Positions 9,293-19,900 of a DNA stretch of 64,000 nucleotides are shown one piece after another. The translations under genes were made by a program, and so were the position numbers. Source of the DNA: Candidatus Latescibacterota bacterium (lineage in GTDB: Bacteria > Latescibacterota > UBA2968 > GCA-2709665); contig CBDCOX010000002.1 of assembly GCA_965219995.1 (NCBI GenBank), positions 4,544,001-4,608,000 on the forward strand. The letters run 5' to 3'. The notes below the pieces were generated by a model. It searched no databases. It was not told where the DNA came from and worked only from the letters and a program-made list of their open reading frames with translations. Each line of letters starts with the position of its first letter. Positions within the stretch are counted from its first letter, which is position 1.

Positions 9293-10105
9293 ATGTCCGG
9301 ATGTTCGTCCGACCCGCTGGCCGTCGTGACCGGCGCCGCCAGCGGCATCGGAAAGGCCACGGTGGAACGCTTCCTCGACGAGGGATTCGTCGTTGCGGCG
9401 CTGGACCGTTCGCAGGAGGGACTGGACGCGCTGAAACGTTCGAAGATGGGCCCGCAGGTCCGTGTCTACCCGTGCGACCTGGCCGAGATCCCCACGCTCA
9501 CCCCGCTCGCCGAACGGATTGTCGCGGATTTCGGTCCGCCGCGCGCGCTGGTCAACAACGCGGGCGTGTGCCTGTACGCGGATATTACAGAGACGACGGA
9601 CGAGATGTGGGAAACCTCGCTGAACACCAATCTCGTCGGGGCGTCCGCGCTGATCCGCGGGTTTGTCCCTGGGATGAAACGGGTGGACGGGGCGGCCATC
9701 GTCAACGTGGCTTCGCGCAACGCCCTGTCGAGCAGCCCGCGCGCGGCGACGTATGACGCCGCCAAGGCCGCTTTGCTGGCGCTCACGCGCACGCTGGCGG
9801 TAGAGCTGGGCGGCGACGGCATCCGCGCAAATGCGGTGCTGCCGGGCTTTGTAGACACACCAATCCACGGGGATCTGCTGAACGACCGGGTCTTCGTGCG
9901 GAACTACCTCAGGCTGATACCGCTCAACCGCATTGGAAAACCTGAAGATATCGCCAACATCATCTTCTTCCTGGCGTCCGACGGAGCCGCATTCATCACC
10001 GGCCAGGGGATCGTGGCCGACGGGGGGCAGATGTCGGGCCAGAACTTCGTCAAGGTGTTCGGGGAACGGGAGTCGTTCCGGGTCAGGCAGGAGACCGATA
10101 CATAG
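9293..10105 (+). CDS. SDR family oxidoreductase
   Basis: TGAASGIG, NNAG, YDAAK, NAVLPG, ITGQ..ADGG. Confidence 0.95.
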   Translation: MSGCSSDPLAVVTGAASGIGKATVERFLDEGFVVAALDRSQEGLDALKRSKMGPQVRVYPCDLAEIPTLTPLAERIVADFGPPRALVNNAGVCLYADITETTDEMWETSLNTNLVGASALIRGFVPGMKRVDGAAIVNVASRNALSSSPRAATYDAAKAALLALTRTLAVELGGDGIRANAVLPGFVDTPIHGDLLNDRVFVRNYLRLIPLNRIGKPEDIANIIFFLASDGAAFITGQGIVADGGQMSGQNFVKVFGERESFRVRQETDT

Positions 10106-10119
10106 GAAGGAAGCGGACC

Positions 10120-11289
10120 GTGGCATCTCCGCCGGTCATCGCACAGGTCAGGGTCTGGGAGATCACCGTGCCCCTGCTTGAGGAATGGGCCGCCAGCCCG
10201 GAATTCGGGTCGAATCCCGCCGGTATCGACGACCGGTTCGTACTTTGCATTACGGACGACGAAGGATTCGAAGGTTGGGGGGAGGCGGTGAGGTCCGGCA
10301 CGCGGTCGTCCGCCGAGGACGCACTGTCGGGCCTTGTGAACAGACCGGTTTCGAGTTTCAGGCTTTCCTTCCTGGACCTGTGGCCCGGAGGTACGCTGTA
10401 TTGGCAACGCCCGCCGCCGCCGTCTCCGTACGCGGCCGATCCGGCCAATCTGCAGCACAGGCTGCGCCACACTTTGCAGGCCCTCGTGGAAATGGCCCTC
10501 GGCGACCTTACCGCCAGGCGTGCCGGTATGCCCCTGTGCGCTTTGTGGGGCGGCGCATGGCGGGACCGCGTGCCCGTGGATTACTGGATGCCGCGCACCA
10601 CCCCCGACCACGCCGTCAGGTGTGTCGAGAGGGGTCAAGCACTCGGCTTTTGCGGCGTTAAGCTCAAGACGGCTCTTGAAGACCCCAATGTCGAGCGGCT
10701 GGCAGCCATCCGGCAGGCGGCGCCGGACTGTAAGGTCACGGTGGACGCCAACGGCCGGTTCTACCGGCTGGACGACGCGGTTTCGGTGCTGCGGGAGATG
10801 GACCGGGTGGGCAACATGGCCATCCTCGAGGATCCGTTTCCCCGGTTTCATCTCGAGGAATTCGCCGAATTGCGCAGACGCATTCAGGCACGGGTAGTCG
10901 TGCACGTCGATCCGCCCGAGTCGCTCTGGAACGTGCTGACGTCGGGCGCCGCGGGCGGCCTCAATATCGACGGCGCCTGCGGTCTGTACAACTGGCGCTT
11001 CCAGGCAGCCGCGGCGGCGCACGCGAACCTGCCGGTCTGGCAGGGCAGCGGGATCGATCTGGGGATCGCCACGGCCGCGCAGCTCCACCTGTCGGCCAGC
11101 GCGCCGAACTGTACGCTTCCCGGGGACCAGGCGGGGCCGTGGCTGCGTGAGTCCCACCTGCTGACGAACGATTTCGATCTCGAAGACGGCCACGTCCTGC
11201 TTCCCGCAGGTCCTGGCACGGGAGTCGAGGTCGATCTCGATGCGGTGGACAGGTATTGTACACACCACCGTGTCTGGCCGGCCGGATGA
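10120..11289 (+). CDS. Enolase superfamily (mandelate racemase/muconate lactonizing-like) protein
   Basis: GWGE, EMALGDL.AR..G.PL..LWGG, KLK, VDAN, EDP, GPGTGVEVD. Confidence 0.88.
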   Translation: MASPPVIAQVRVWEITVPLLEEWAASPEFGSNPAGIDDRFVLCITDDEGFEGWGEAVRSGTRSSAEDALSGLVNRPVSSFRLSFLDLWPGGTLYWQRPPPPSPYAADPANLQHRLRHTLQALVEMALGDLTARRAGMPLCALWGGAWRDRVPVDYWMPRTTPDHAVRCVERGQALGFCGVKLKTALEDPNVERLAAIRQAAPDCKVTVDANGRFYRLDDAVSVLREMDRVGNMAILEDPFPRFHLEEFAELRRRIQARVVVHVDPPESLWNVLTSGAAGGLNIDGACGLYNWRFQAAAAAHANLPVWQGSGIDLGIATAAQLHLSASAPNCTLPGDQAGPWLRESHLLTNDFDLEDGHVLLPAGPGTGVEVDLDAVDRYCTHHRVWPAG

Positions 11290-11310
11290 TCGAGAAACGG
11301 AGGCTTGCAG

Positions 11311-11763
11311 ATGGCGTTTACGAAGGTCCATCACGTCAAGTACACGGTAGGCGACCTGGACAGGTCGCTCGGGTTCTATCGGGATCTGCTCGGGTTTGAA
11401 GTGACCTATGAGGCCTCGCGGGAAGGGCTTGCATCTTACGATACGATCCTGAGTATGCGGGACGTCAGATTGCGGGTGGGCATGCTTCTGCACCGGCCAA
11501 TGGGTTTTGTCGTAGGTCTGGTTCAGTTTCAGAATCCGGCGTCCATTGTGCGGGAGTTGCGTAACAATTACGTGGGGGCCTCCAGCCTGGCGCTGCAGGT
11601 GGAAAACGCGGAGGCCGAATACGGTCGCCTGACTTCGGCGGGGGTGCCCGCAATGAGTTTGCCCACGGAAATCGTCCGAGACGGCAAGGTGGCCGCAATC
11701 GCATTCTACATTCTCGATCCGGACGCGATTCCGATCGAGATCTGGCAGCCCGTCGAAACATGA
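11311..11763 (+). CDS. VOC/glyoxalase family protein
   Basis: HHV..TVGDLDRSLGFYRDLLG...FYILDPD..PIE; GGAGG RBS before ATG 11311. Confidence 0.9.
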   Translation: MAFTKVHHVKYTVGDLDRSLGFYRDLLGFEVTYEASREGLASYDTILSMRDVRLRVGMLLHRPMGFVVGLVQFQNPASIVRELRNNYVGASSLALQVENAEAEYGRLTSAGVPAMSLPTEIVRDGKVAAIAFYILDPDAIPIEIWQPVET

Positions 11764-11799
11764 CAGACCGCCGGAACATCCGGCAACAGGAGGCGAAAG

Positions 11800-13980
11800 G
11801 TGGAAATTCAGGTTCGAGGGCGTGTGATCGACGATTCGTCTGCGCGGGGACTGGCAGGGGTTTGCGTTTCGAACGGAGAGCAGATCGTACGGACGAATGA
11901 CGAAGGCAAGTACGAACTTGCCGTGGAACCCGCCGTTCACCGGTTTGTTTTTGTGACGGTTCCCGATGGCTTTTCGGCAGGGGAAGGCGTTTACCGGTCC
12001 ACGTTGGAATGGTCGGAGTCGCGCGACGGCGTGGATTTTCGTTTGTCTCCGTCTCCCGAACGGTCCGGGCGTTCGTTCACGCTCGCGCAGATTACAGATA
12101 CGCACATCGTCACCGAAGGAGACACGCACACTTCGGGACCCGTACTGGCGGATGCCCTGCAGCAACTCGAACGCGATGTCGAACCCGACCTGATCATTGC
12201 CAGCGGAGACCTGACGGATTGGGGGACTTTAGACCAGCTGACCGCGTTTCGGGATGCGGCGGCGTCGATATCCACCCCGGTCTTTCCGCTGTTCGGCGGG
12301 CACGACGGGAACCAGGAACGCATGGGCGGCATTGCGGTTGAAGAATTCCTGCAGATGAAGGCAGTGCCGAACAATCCCAGGCTGAATGAACTCGTGCGGA
12401 AACAAGAGGGAAATGCGTCCACCCTGCATTACGAAGCGTTGCTTGGGCCAACGTATTACTGTCTTGATTGGGGCGGGCGCCACTTCGTGCTCTGGCCCAA
12501 TGAAGATTCATATTACTCGCCAGCGGGCCTGGAGCGGAAGGAACGGTGGCTGTGGGCCGACCTGGCGCTGCAGCCGGAGGACCGCGAAGTCGTGGTCGTC
12601 GTCCATACGCCGCCGCCAGCTGCGTTTCTGCATGCGCTGAGCCAGTACAACGTTCGCCTCTTGCTGCACGGCCATTGGCATTCCAGCAAAGTCTTTTCGT
12701 ACGGCGATATGGTTGTTGCCGCAGCCCCGCCGGTCTGTTTCGGCGGGATCGATACCTCCCCGAGGGGTTACCGCCTCGTGCGTTTCCGGGAGAAGGACGC
12801 GGTCCTGAGAGCTGGCGTACTCCGCGCCGCCGGAGTTTCGGGAAAATCCAGGGAGGAGTTCCCGCGCGAGATCGGATTCGACGGCGGGCCGCTGCGTCTG
12901 CGATGGGAGCACCGGCTTTCCGGTGGGCTGCACCGCGCGGCGCCCGTATCGTCCGAAGGACGCGTGTTTCTGACTTCGCGTGACGAAGGTTGGCCGGGAC
13001 GCCCGGAAATATGCTGCGTGGATGCGGAGAGCGGGGACACGCTCTGGCATGCCAGGATGGATACAGCGGTAAAGAACAGCGTGGCAGCCTCCGGCAACGT
13101 GTGCGTGGCGGTGTCGGTGGCCGGTCGCCTGCACGTGCTCGAGGCGGATTCGGGCAGCCCGTTGTGGCAGGCGGACCTGCCCGGCTATCCGGAACGCTGG
13201 ATCTATTCCTCTCCGGTAATGGCGGACGGGACCGTGTACGCGGGCGCCAAGGCGGATTACGCGGCCTTCGATCTGAAGTCGGGTCGCCGCCGATGGCACA
13301 CGGGGAATGACGTCAGTGACAATTGGGCCTGTTACGCCAGCCCGCTGGTTTCCGGGGATCTGCTTATCCTCATGGTGCAGCGGACGGGCTTCATGGCGCT
13401 GGACCGCGAGACGGGGGACGTCGTCTGGGAACGCGCGGCGGAGGTGGAGTTTCCTTATGCAAGGCCGGTCCTGTCAGGAAACCTGCTTGTAAGCGGCGGC
13501 GGCTCGTCCGGCCTCCACCATTTCACCGGGGAGGCGTCATTCCTCATCGCGGTCGAGACGAACTCGGGCAGGGTCGCATGGAAGAGACCGGTCCTGCCCT
13601 CCAGGTACCCTTCGGGACTGCTGGTGGACGACAACCGGATCTATGCAACGACGCCGGAAGGCGAAGCTCTCTGTTTCGACCTTGATGAGGGCACATTGTT
13701 ATGGCGGTTCCAGACGGGAGACGACCTCCTGGACATGGTTCCCTATCGCCGGGGCGTGCGGTCGATCCTTGCGGCGCCGGCGAGGTTCGAGGGCTCTCTT
13801 ATCGTTTGCGGATGCGACGGGTCTCTCCACGTTCTGGACCCCGAGTCCGGCGAGTGCCGGGGCACGGTCTCCTTCGGTTCCCCGATAACAGCGCCGCCCT
13901 GCACGGTGGAGGGAGGGCTGGTTTTGGGGACGTTCGACGGGCGGGTCTTCTGTTTTGAACGCGCGGGGAATGCGCGATGA
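11800..13980 (+). CDS. Metallophosphoesterase with N-terminal extension and C-terminal PQQ-like beta-propeller
   Basis: GLAGVCVSNG..IVRTNDEG.Y N-domain; DTH, GDLTD, GGHD, HGHWH; repeated D..SG..LW propeller blades. Confidence 0.85.
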   Translation: MEIQVRGRVIDDSSARGLAGVCVSNGEQIVRTNDEGKYELAVEPAVHRFVFVTVPDGFSAGEGVYRSTLEWSESRDGVDFRLSPSPERSGRSFTLAQITDTHIVTEGDTHTSGPVLADALQQLERDVEPDLIIASGDLTDWGTLDQLTAFRDAAASISTPVFPLFGGHDGNQERMGGIAVEEFLQMKAVPNNPRLNELVRKQEGNASTLHYEALLGPTYYCLDWGGRHFVLWPNEDSYYSPAGLERKERWLWADLALQPEDREVVVVVHTPPPAAFLHALSQYNVRLLLHGHWHSSKVFSYGDMVVAAAPPVCFGGIDTSPRGYRLVRFREKDAVLRAGVLRAAGVSGKSREEFPREIGFDGGPLRLRWEHRLSGGLHRAAPVSSEGRVFLTSRDEGWPGRPEICCVDAESGDTLWHARMDTAVKNSVAASGNVCVAVSVAGRLHVLEADSGSPLWQADLPGYPERWIYSSPVMADGTVYAGAKADYAAFDLKSGRRRWHTGNDVSDNWACYASPLVSGDLLILMVQRTGFMALDRETGDVVWERAAEVEFPYARPVLSGNLLVSGGGSSGLHHFTGEASFLIAVETNSGRVAWKRPVLPSRYPSGLLVDDNRIYATTPEGEALCFDLDEGTLLWRFQTGDDLLDMVPYRRGVRSILAAPARFEGSLIVCGCDGSLHVLDPESGECRGTVSFGSPITAPPCTVEGGLVLGTFDGRVFCFERAGNAR

Positions 13981-14053
13981 ATACGATGGACGCCGTCGGG
14001 GGGCGGATTGATCCCCCGTGGGGACCAGACGTCCGATTGGAGTGAAGTCCCGG

Positions 14054-15214
14054 ATGCAACCGTTTTTTTCGTTTGCGCGATTCGATCGTCTTCTGAACGC
14101 GGCCGGCATGGAGGCGATGCTTTTCTGCCGCCCCTCCTCCTTCTGCTATTTTACGACGTTGCCCTGGTACGAGCGGCTCCACTTTTCCGATATGCCGGGA
14201 CAATATATCCTGCCGATAGCCGGGTATATTCGCGATCGTCCGGACCTGGCCTTCGCCACGGCGTCGGCACAGATGGATTTCCCTGATTTCAAGGCGCAGA
14301 GTATCTGGATTCCGGACATCCGGCCCGGCATGTCGGCGGCGCCGTATGAGCGGCAGGCCGAGCTCATCGTCCGGATTCTCCAGGAAAAGGGCATCAGATC
14401 GGGACGGGTGGGTATAGAACGCGGGACCCTTCCCCACGGACTGGTCGCCGCCCTTGACGGCCTCGCTCCCGAGATTTGCTGGACGGAGTGCCGGGACGTG
14501 CTCTTCAGGCTCCAGGAGTTCAAGTCCGAGGCGGAGCTGGAACGGTTGCGGACGTCCTGCCGGATCACCGAAAAGGGGATGATGCGGGTATTCGACAGGC
14601 TCTCGAGCGGCGTGACCCCCGAGGACCTGATGGACGAATACGTAAAGACCACCGGGGGACTCTATACGGAGCGATTCGGACACTTCTTTTCGGTCCATTT
14701 CAAGGACTTCCACTTTACCGGCGGGGAATTGAAAAGCCCGCCCCTGCAGGCGGAGACGCTCATTCACATCGACGTGTCGTCGATCCACAAGGGACTGATT
14801 TCGGATATCGGGCGGAATTTCTACTTCGGCATGGCGGTCCCTCCGGAAGTGGAGCGGTGCAGTCTGGCCTGCGCAAGAACGGCGCAGGTCGTCTTCGATC
14901 ACCTGAAACCGGGTATCTCCTGCGCAGAAGTGGACAGCCTTTCGAAGGAAGTCCTGTTCGATTTGCTGGGCGATCCGGCCGGCGTGAACGTGGGTTTTCA
15001 CTCCCACGGGATCGGCTGGATCCTGTATAGCTATCCGTTGATTTCTCCCGATCCGGAAGGTGAAATCCTTCCCGGCCATGCGTTTACGCTGGAGTACAAG
15101 GTGAAATTCCCCGGCATCGGACATTTCAAGTGCGAAGACACGTTCGCCATGCACGACGATGGGACCGAGTGCCTCTGCCGGCTCGAGCGGAAGCTCTTCG
15201 TGAAGTCCGGTTGA
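14054..15214 (+). CDS. M24 family (Xaa-Pro peptidase-like) metallopeptidase
   Basis: KSEAELE, HID..SDIGR, HGIG, TLE, CEDT metal ligands; start uncertain. Confidence 0.85.
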   Translation: MQPFFSFARFDRLLNAAGMEAMLFCRPSSFCYFTTLPWYERLHFSDMPGQYILPIAGYIRDRPDLAFATASAQMDFPDFKAQSIWIPDIRPGMSAAPYERQAELIVRILQEKGIRSGRVGIERGTLPHGLVAALDGLAPEICWTECRDVLFRLQEFKSEAELERLRTSCRITEKGMMRVFDRLSSGVTPEDLMDEYVKTTGGLYTERFGHFFSVHFKDFHFTGGELKSPPLQAETLIHIDVSSIHKGLISDIGRNFYFGMAVPPEVERCSLACARTAQVVFDHLKPGISCAEVDSLSKEVLFDLLGDPAGVNVGFHSHGIGWILYSYPLISPDPEGEILPGHAFTLEYKVKFPGIGHFKCEDTFAMHDDGTECLCRLERKLFVKSG

Positions 15215-15269
15215 GTCCCGGAGGGAGGCATTGCCGGGAGGTCCCTTTTTGCAGACGGGATAGGCTGAA

Positions 15270-16712
15270 ATGGAGAAGGCGATATTGTACGCCGGCGCCG
15301 CCCAACGGGTGATCACGCCCCCGGTGGGGGTGTCGATGTCCGGTTGGAACCCGCGGGCATCCGGGGACATCAGGTCGCGCTACGTGCACGACGATCTCTA
15401 TGCAAAGGCGCTGGTTCTGCGCAACGGAAATCGGGCCTGGGCCCTGGTTGCCGTCGATCTCTCGGGCGTGGACGCCGTTGCCACGGAGCAGATTCGCCGG
15501 GGCGCCGCAAAGCGGACCGGGCTGGAGCCCGGGGAGATCATGGTCTGCGCGACACACACGCACTCCGGGCCGGCGTTCTGTCCGGTCGCCACGACGTACA
15601 GTCCTGAGGATATGGCCCGCCTCACCATCGGGAGGGACGGATCGGCGCCGGCCGCCATGGGTGAGGTCACAACCGTCTCGTCCTCGGCCAGTTGGGTGGG
15701 CGAGACGGACCTGGCGTGGAAAGCGTGGTTTGTCGGGCAGGCGATCGAGGTCGTGGATGAGGCCTGTAACGCACTGCGTCCGGCCTCGATGGGATTCGGG
15801 GCGGCCCGGGTCGATGGCGTGGCCAGTTCGAGGCGCGTATTGATGTCGGACGGGAGCTGGGGAGACCCGAGACGGGACCCCGTCGCGGGTGTTCGGGTGA
15901 TTTCGCGTACCCGGATCGATCCACTGGTTCGCGTATTCGCAGTGCGGGAGCGGGGGACGAAAGCACCGCTCGCCGCGGTGATCAACTACGGCACACACCC
16001 CTGGATATTCTGCGGATCGGGCATCTCCGCCGAGATCGCGGGCGCGGCGGCCGGACAGGTGGCGGACGCGTGGGCGGGGGGAGGGAGCGGGCCGCCGGTC
16101 ATTCTCTACACGTCCGGCCCCGAGGGCGACGTTACCACAATCTGGAACGTCGATATCGAAGCGGTCTGGAAGACGCGGCCCGACGAGGATGCCGACGCGA
16201 GCCTTGCAAGAAGGGAACGGGGATTCGAGCGGGAACTGGCGCGTCTGGGCGGGCGGGTGGCGGATGGGTCGATGACGGCGATCCGCGGAATAACGGGCTG
16301 GGACGAGTCTCCGGAGGTATGGGCCCGCCGGCGGGAAGTGGCGATGCCGCTGAAGAAGGGGTACGACCGCGTGGACGACGTCCTTCTGGCCGAATGGCAG
16401 CGAGATGCGCCGGAGTCCCGTCACCTCACTGAGGTACAGGCGCTGGGTGCCGGCGAGGCGGTTGTTCTGGGTCTACCGGGAGAGCCGTTTGTGTCCCTCG
16501 GCACGGAAATCCGCGCCAGGTCCGGATCCGGCAGGCTGATGATTGCCGCGCTGGCGAACGAGTTTGGCGCCATCAGCTACATCGCCGAAAGGGAAGATTT
16601 CAACCTGGGAGGATACGAGACCGCGTTCACGCCGATGGGTCCGGGCGGGGGCGAAGCGCTGGTGGACAGCGCTGTCGCGCTGCTCTTGAAAAAAAAGACA
16701 ATTAACCCTTGA
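15270..16712 (+). CDS. Neutral/alkaline ceramidase-like amidohydrolase
   Basis: ITPPVG, VHDDLYAKALVL, ATHTHSGP, NYGTHP, LPGEPF, GGYE. Confidence 0.85.
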   Translation: MEKAILYAGAAQRVITPPVGVSMSGWNPRASGDIRSRYVHDDLYAKALVLRNGNRAWALVAVDLSGVDAVATEQIRRGAAKRTGLEPGEIMVCATHTHSGPAFCPVATTYSPEDMARLTIGRDGSAPAAMGEVTTVSSSASWVGETDLAWKAWFVGQAIEVVDEACNALRPASMGFGAARVDGVASSRRVLMSDGSWGDPRRDPVAGVRVISRTRIDPLVRVFAVRERGTKAPLAAVINYGTHPWIFCGSGISAEIAGAAAGQVADAWAGGGSGPPVILYTSGPEGDVTTIWNVDIEAVWKTRPDEDADASLARRERGFERELARLGGRVADGSMTAIRGITGWDESPEVWARRREVAMPLKKGYDRVDDVLLAEWQRDAPESRHLTEVQALGAGEAVVLGLPGEPFVSLGTEIRARSGSGRLMIAALANEFGAISYIAEREDFNLGGYETAFTPMGPGGGEALVDSAVALLLKKKTINP

Positions 16713-16737
16713 CAATGCCATAACGGGAATACATAAT
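16709..16737 (+). promoter_or_regulatory. Sigma70-type promoter of the TonB receptor operon
   Basis: TTGACA (16709-16714, overlapping the upstream stop codon), 17 nt spacer, CATAAT (16732-16737); A-tract at 16689-16696. Confidence 0.7.
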
Positions 16738-16913
16738 TAGTGGTGGTAAATTCCGTTATTAGAAGTCGTCCGAAAGGGCATGAAGACGATGGAACGTCGC
16801 ACCTGCGGTACACCAATGCGGTTGCCGGATTTTCGGGTGCAATTCCACCCGATTCCTGTCCTGGCTCCGAATCGTCGTATCTGAACTGTTAATGCGCATG
16901 GAGGATACGGGCT

Positions 16914-19900
16914 ATGTATGGACGGAAGACCGATCTCACCGCTGCGTTCGTGCTTATTGCGGTTCTCGCGATGGCAGGCGCGGCATTGGCCGGTACGACG
17001 GGGAAGATCGTTGGAAAAGTGACCGACGAGAACGGCGAAGCGCTGCCTGGCGCCAGCGTCGTCATCGAAGGAACACGGATGGGCGCTTCCACGGATGCCG
17101 AAGGATTCTACGTGATTATCTCCGTCGATCCTGCCGTATACAAGATGACGGCGTCCATGGTTGGGTACCATCCGGTAACCCAGGAAAAAATCCAGGTGCG
17201 GTCCGACTTCACCACGACGGTGAACTTTCAGCTTCGCGAGACGGAACTGGAGCTTGAGGAAATGGTCGTGGTCGCTGAAGCCCCTCCCGTGGAGCCCGAT
17301 AAGACGGAGAGTCGCTACGTGGTGACCGCCCAGGATATCGCGCGTACTCCGATCCTTAGAGACGCTTCGGAGTTCGTCGCGCTGGAAGCGGGCGTGGCCG
17401 TGGACGGCAGCGGGGTGATCCGCGGCGGGCAGGTGGAAGACAACCTGATTTACGTTGACGGCGTCCGCCTGCAGAACCAGGACGGACGCGCGGGCCCCAC
17501 GTCCTCGGGCAGGCAGTGGTGGGGCGCCAACGTGAAGGCGCTGCAGGAGGTTTCCGTGATTACGGGCGGGATGAACGCCGAATACGGAAACGCACAGGCC
17601 GGGGTGATTCAGATGGTCACGCGGGACGGCGGATCCAGATACCATGGCGAGGCCGAGTATCGGCTGACGCCGGGCGGCAAGAAGCACTGGGGCGCCAACG
17701 TCTACGATGCGCCCGAACACCGCGGGCACATGCGATGGAACGATCCCGCGTGGACGTCGGAAGTGGATCCGGAGACCGGCGCGCTCGTGCACCAGCGGAC
17801 GAACTACACGGACCAGCGGGGTCACTATTTCGACGCCTATCTCGGCGGACCGCTTCTCCCGGAAACGTCCTTTTTCGTGAGCTCGCGGAACCGGCGGGAT
17901 GCCGCCAGATTTCCGGGTGCGTGGTCCGTGCGGCCGTTCAATACCCGGAACACGGCGAAGCTGACCATCCGGGCGCACGACAACGTCAAGATGCAGATCG
18001 GCTGGCTTTACGACCGCTGGAAGTCCTTCAATAACGGAGCGCTGGGCGGGACGACCCCTTCCGTCAGCAACGTGCTGAGGGGCCCGGGCCGCGACATTTT
18101 CCTTCCCGAAGGGTCGCCTGCGGGGGAGACGATCAACACCGAGAGCGTCCTCTACGGTGTGATCACGCATACGATCAGTCCGCGTACTTTCTACGAATTA
18201 AGGCTCTCGCGGTACCAGAGCGATCAGGACACCAGCGGCGTCTCAAATACGACGGCGGACATCGGAACGGATGCGGACGGCTGGTTCTACACGGGCCGGG
18301 GAAGCGTGCGCGCGTATACTTTCGGACAGCAGACCCGGAGCGCGATCAAATTCGACCTGTCGAGCCAGCTTACGAAAACGCACTTTTCGAAGGTCGGGAT
18401 CGACTTTACGGGCTACAGCAATCATTTCACTCGCGAAGGCAACACACCCGGCGATGCGCGGAAACAGATCCTGTATATCGGCAATCCGGAGCCCGGACAG
18501 CCGATAACGCCGAAGCAGTTCGCGGCCTACGTGCAGGACAAGATGGAGTTCGAGGGCTTCATCGTGAACGCGGGCATCCGCTACGACCGTTTCTGGGGCG
18601 CCGACGTTCCGGTGATGGGTGCGCTGCGGGCGTTTCAGTATACGACGATGTCGCGATATCTCACGGCGCCCAGGTTCCCGATGAAGCCCATTGTCAACTG
18701 GAGCCCGCGGCTGGGTATCTCGCACCCCATTACGTACAGGTCGAGCCTGCATTTCTTCTACGGACATTTCTACCAGTTGCCGAGTTTCTACCAGATGTTC
18801 CACGACCAGTGGTTCGGTTCGGGGGACGGGATACCCGGCATCGGTTTCAGTGAATACACCAGCCACTACCGTCCGGCGCCCACGTCCATCTCGAGGCCGA
18901 TATGGGACAATACGGCGCGGACGATCAGCTTCGAGCTGGGCGCAGACTGGAATTTCATATCCGACTATACGCTCGCGCTTGCAACGTTCTACAAGAGTGC
19001 GTCCTTCCAGGAAACCGGAGGCTGGGACGTATTCCTCTATCCGGAGCTCCGCGGGGCGGGCGTCCGCCTGCGTCAGCGTCTCTCCAGCACCCTGTCAAAC
19101 ATCCGCCTCGAAGACACACGCGGCCTGGAATTCAGCCTTAGGAAGGGCTTCAGCCACCACTTCTCGTTCCGCGCCGCCCTCAACGTGGCCTGGAGCGACT
19201 ACAGTCTCGGCGGCGGCGGTACCGTCAGCAACGGCGCCACCGTGATCCCGGACTCGAACTATATCGCCAGCGGCAATTATTTCTTCGCCTGGGAGGTCGC
19301 GGGCGGGTCGGAACGTCCCGTAAACCTGACCGATGAACAGATCCGGATCATCGGGCACGGAGCCAATGAAGCCATAAGAGCCGCACAGGCGGACCGGCGG
19401 GTCGCCGGGGGCTATGTCTACGACTTTTCAACCAACAGGGACGCCATTGTGCCCACCTGGGAGGAAGACTGGCTTTCGGACGCGGCCCGGGAGGGCGCCC
19501 GCGGCCTGTGGATCGTGCACGGACACAGGGCGAATGAGGGTACGGACGTGGGACGGAGAAGCCAGGGCAGCCTCCAGATGTTCCTGTCCACGCCCCAGGA
19601 TTTCGGGATAGGGCCGAAGATCGGCGGCAGCACGATTCTGGGCGGCGTCAATGCCAACCTGATCTACCGGATCTATACCGGATCGCAGTTCACCTATCTG
19701 GTCCTCGACGGGACGCGCCAGATTGCGAGAGGTCCTTTGCGTACCGTCATGGATCTGAACGTACAGAAACGCTTCGAATTGGGCAGCGCCAGCGCCGACG
19801 TGTTCCTGGAGGTCTTCAATCTGTTCAACCAGAGGGACGCGTCGTCCGCGGGGACCGACTATATGTGGTGGGGGCTGCAGAGGCCCCGTCCGAGCGACGC

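Noticed and set aside
9904-12165. 753 aa minus-strand ORF (and similar long antisense ORFs such as 13799..15370, 16737..18170, 33397..34755)
   Set aside because: They overlap well-supported plus-strand genes; long shadow ORFs are expected at high GC.
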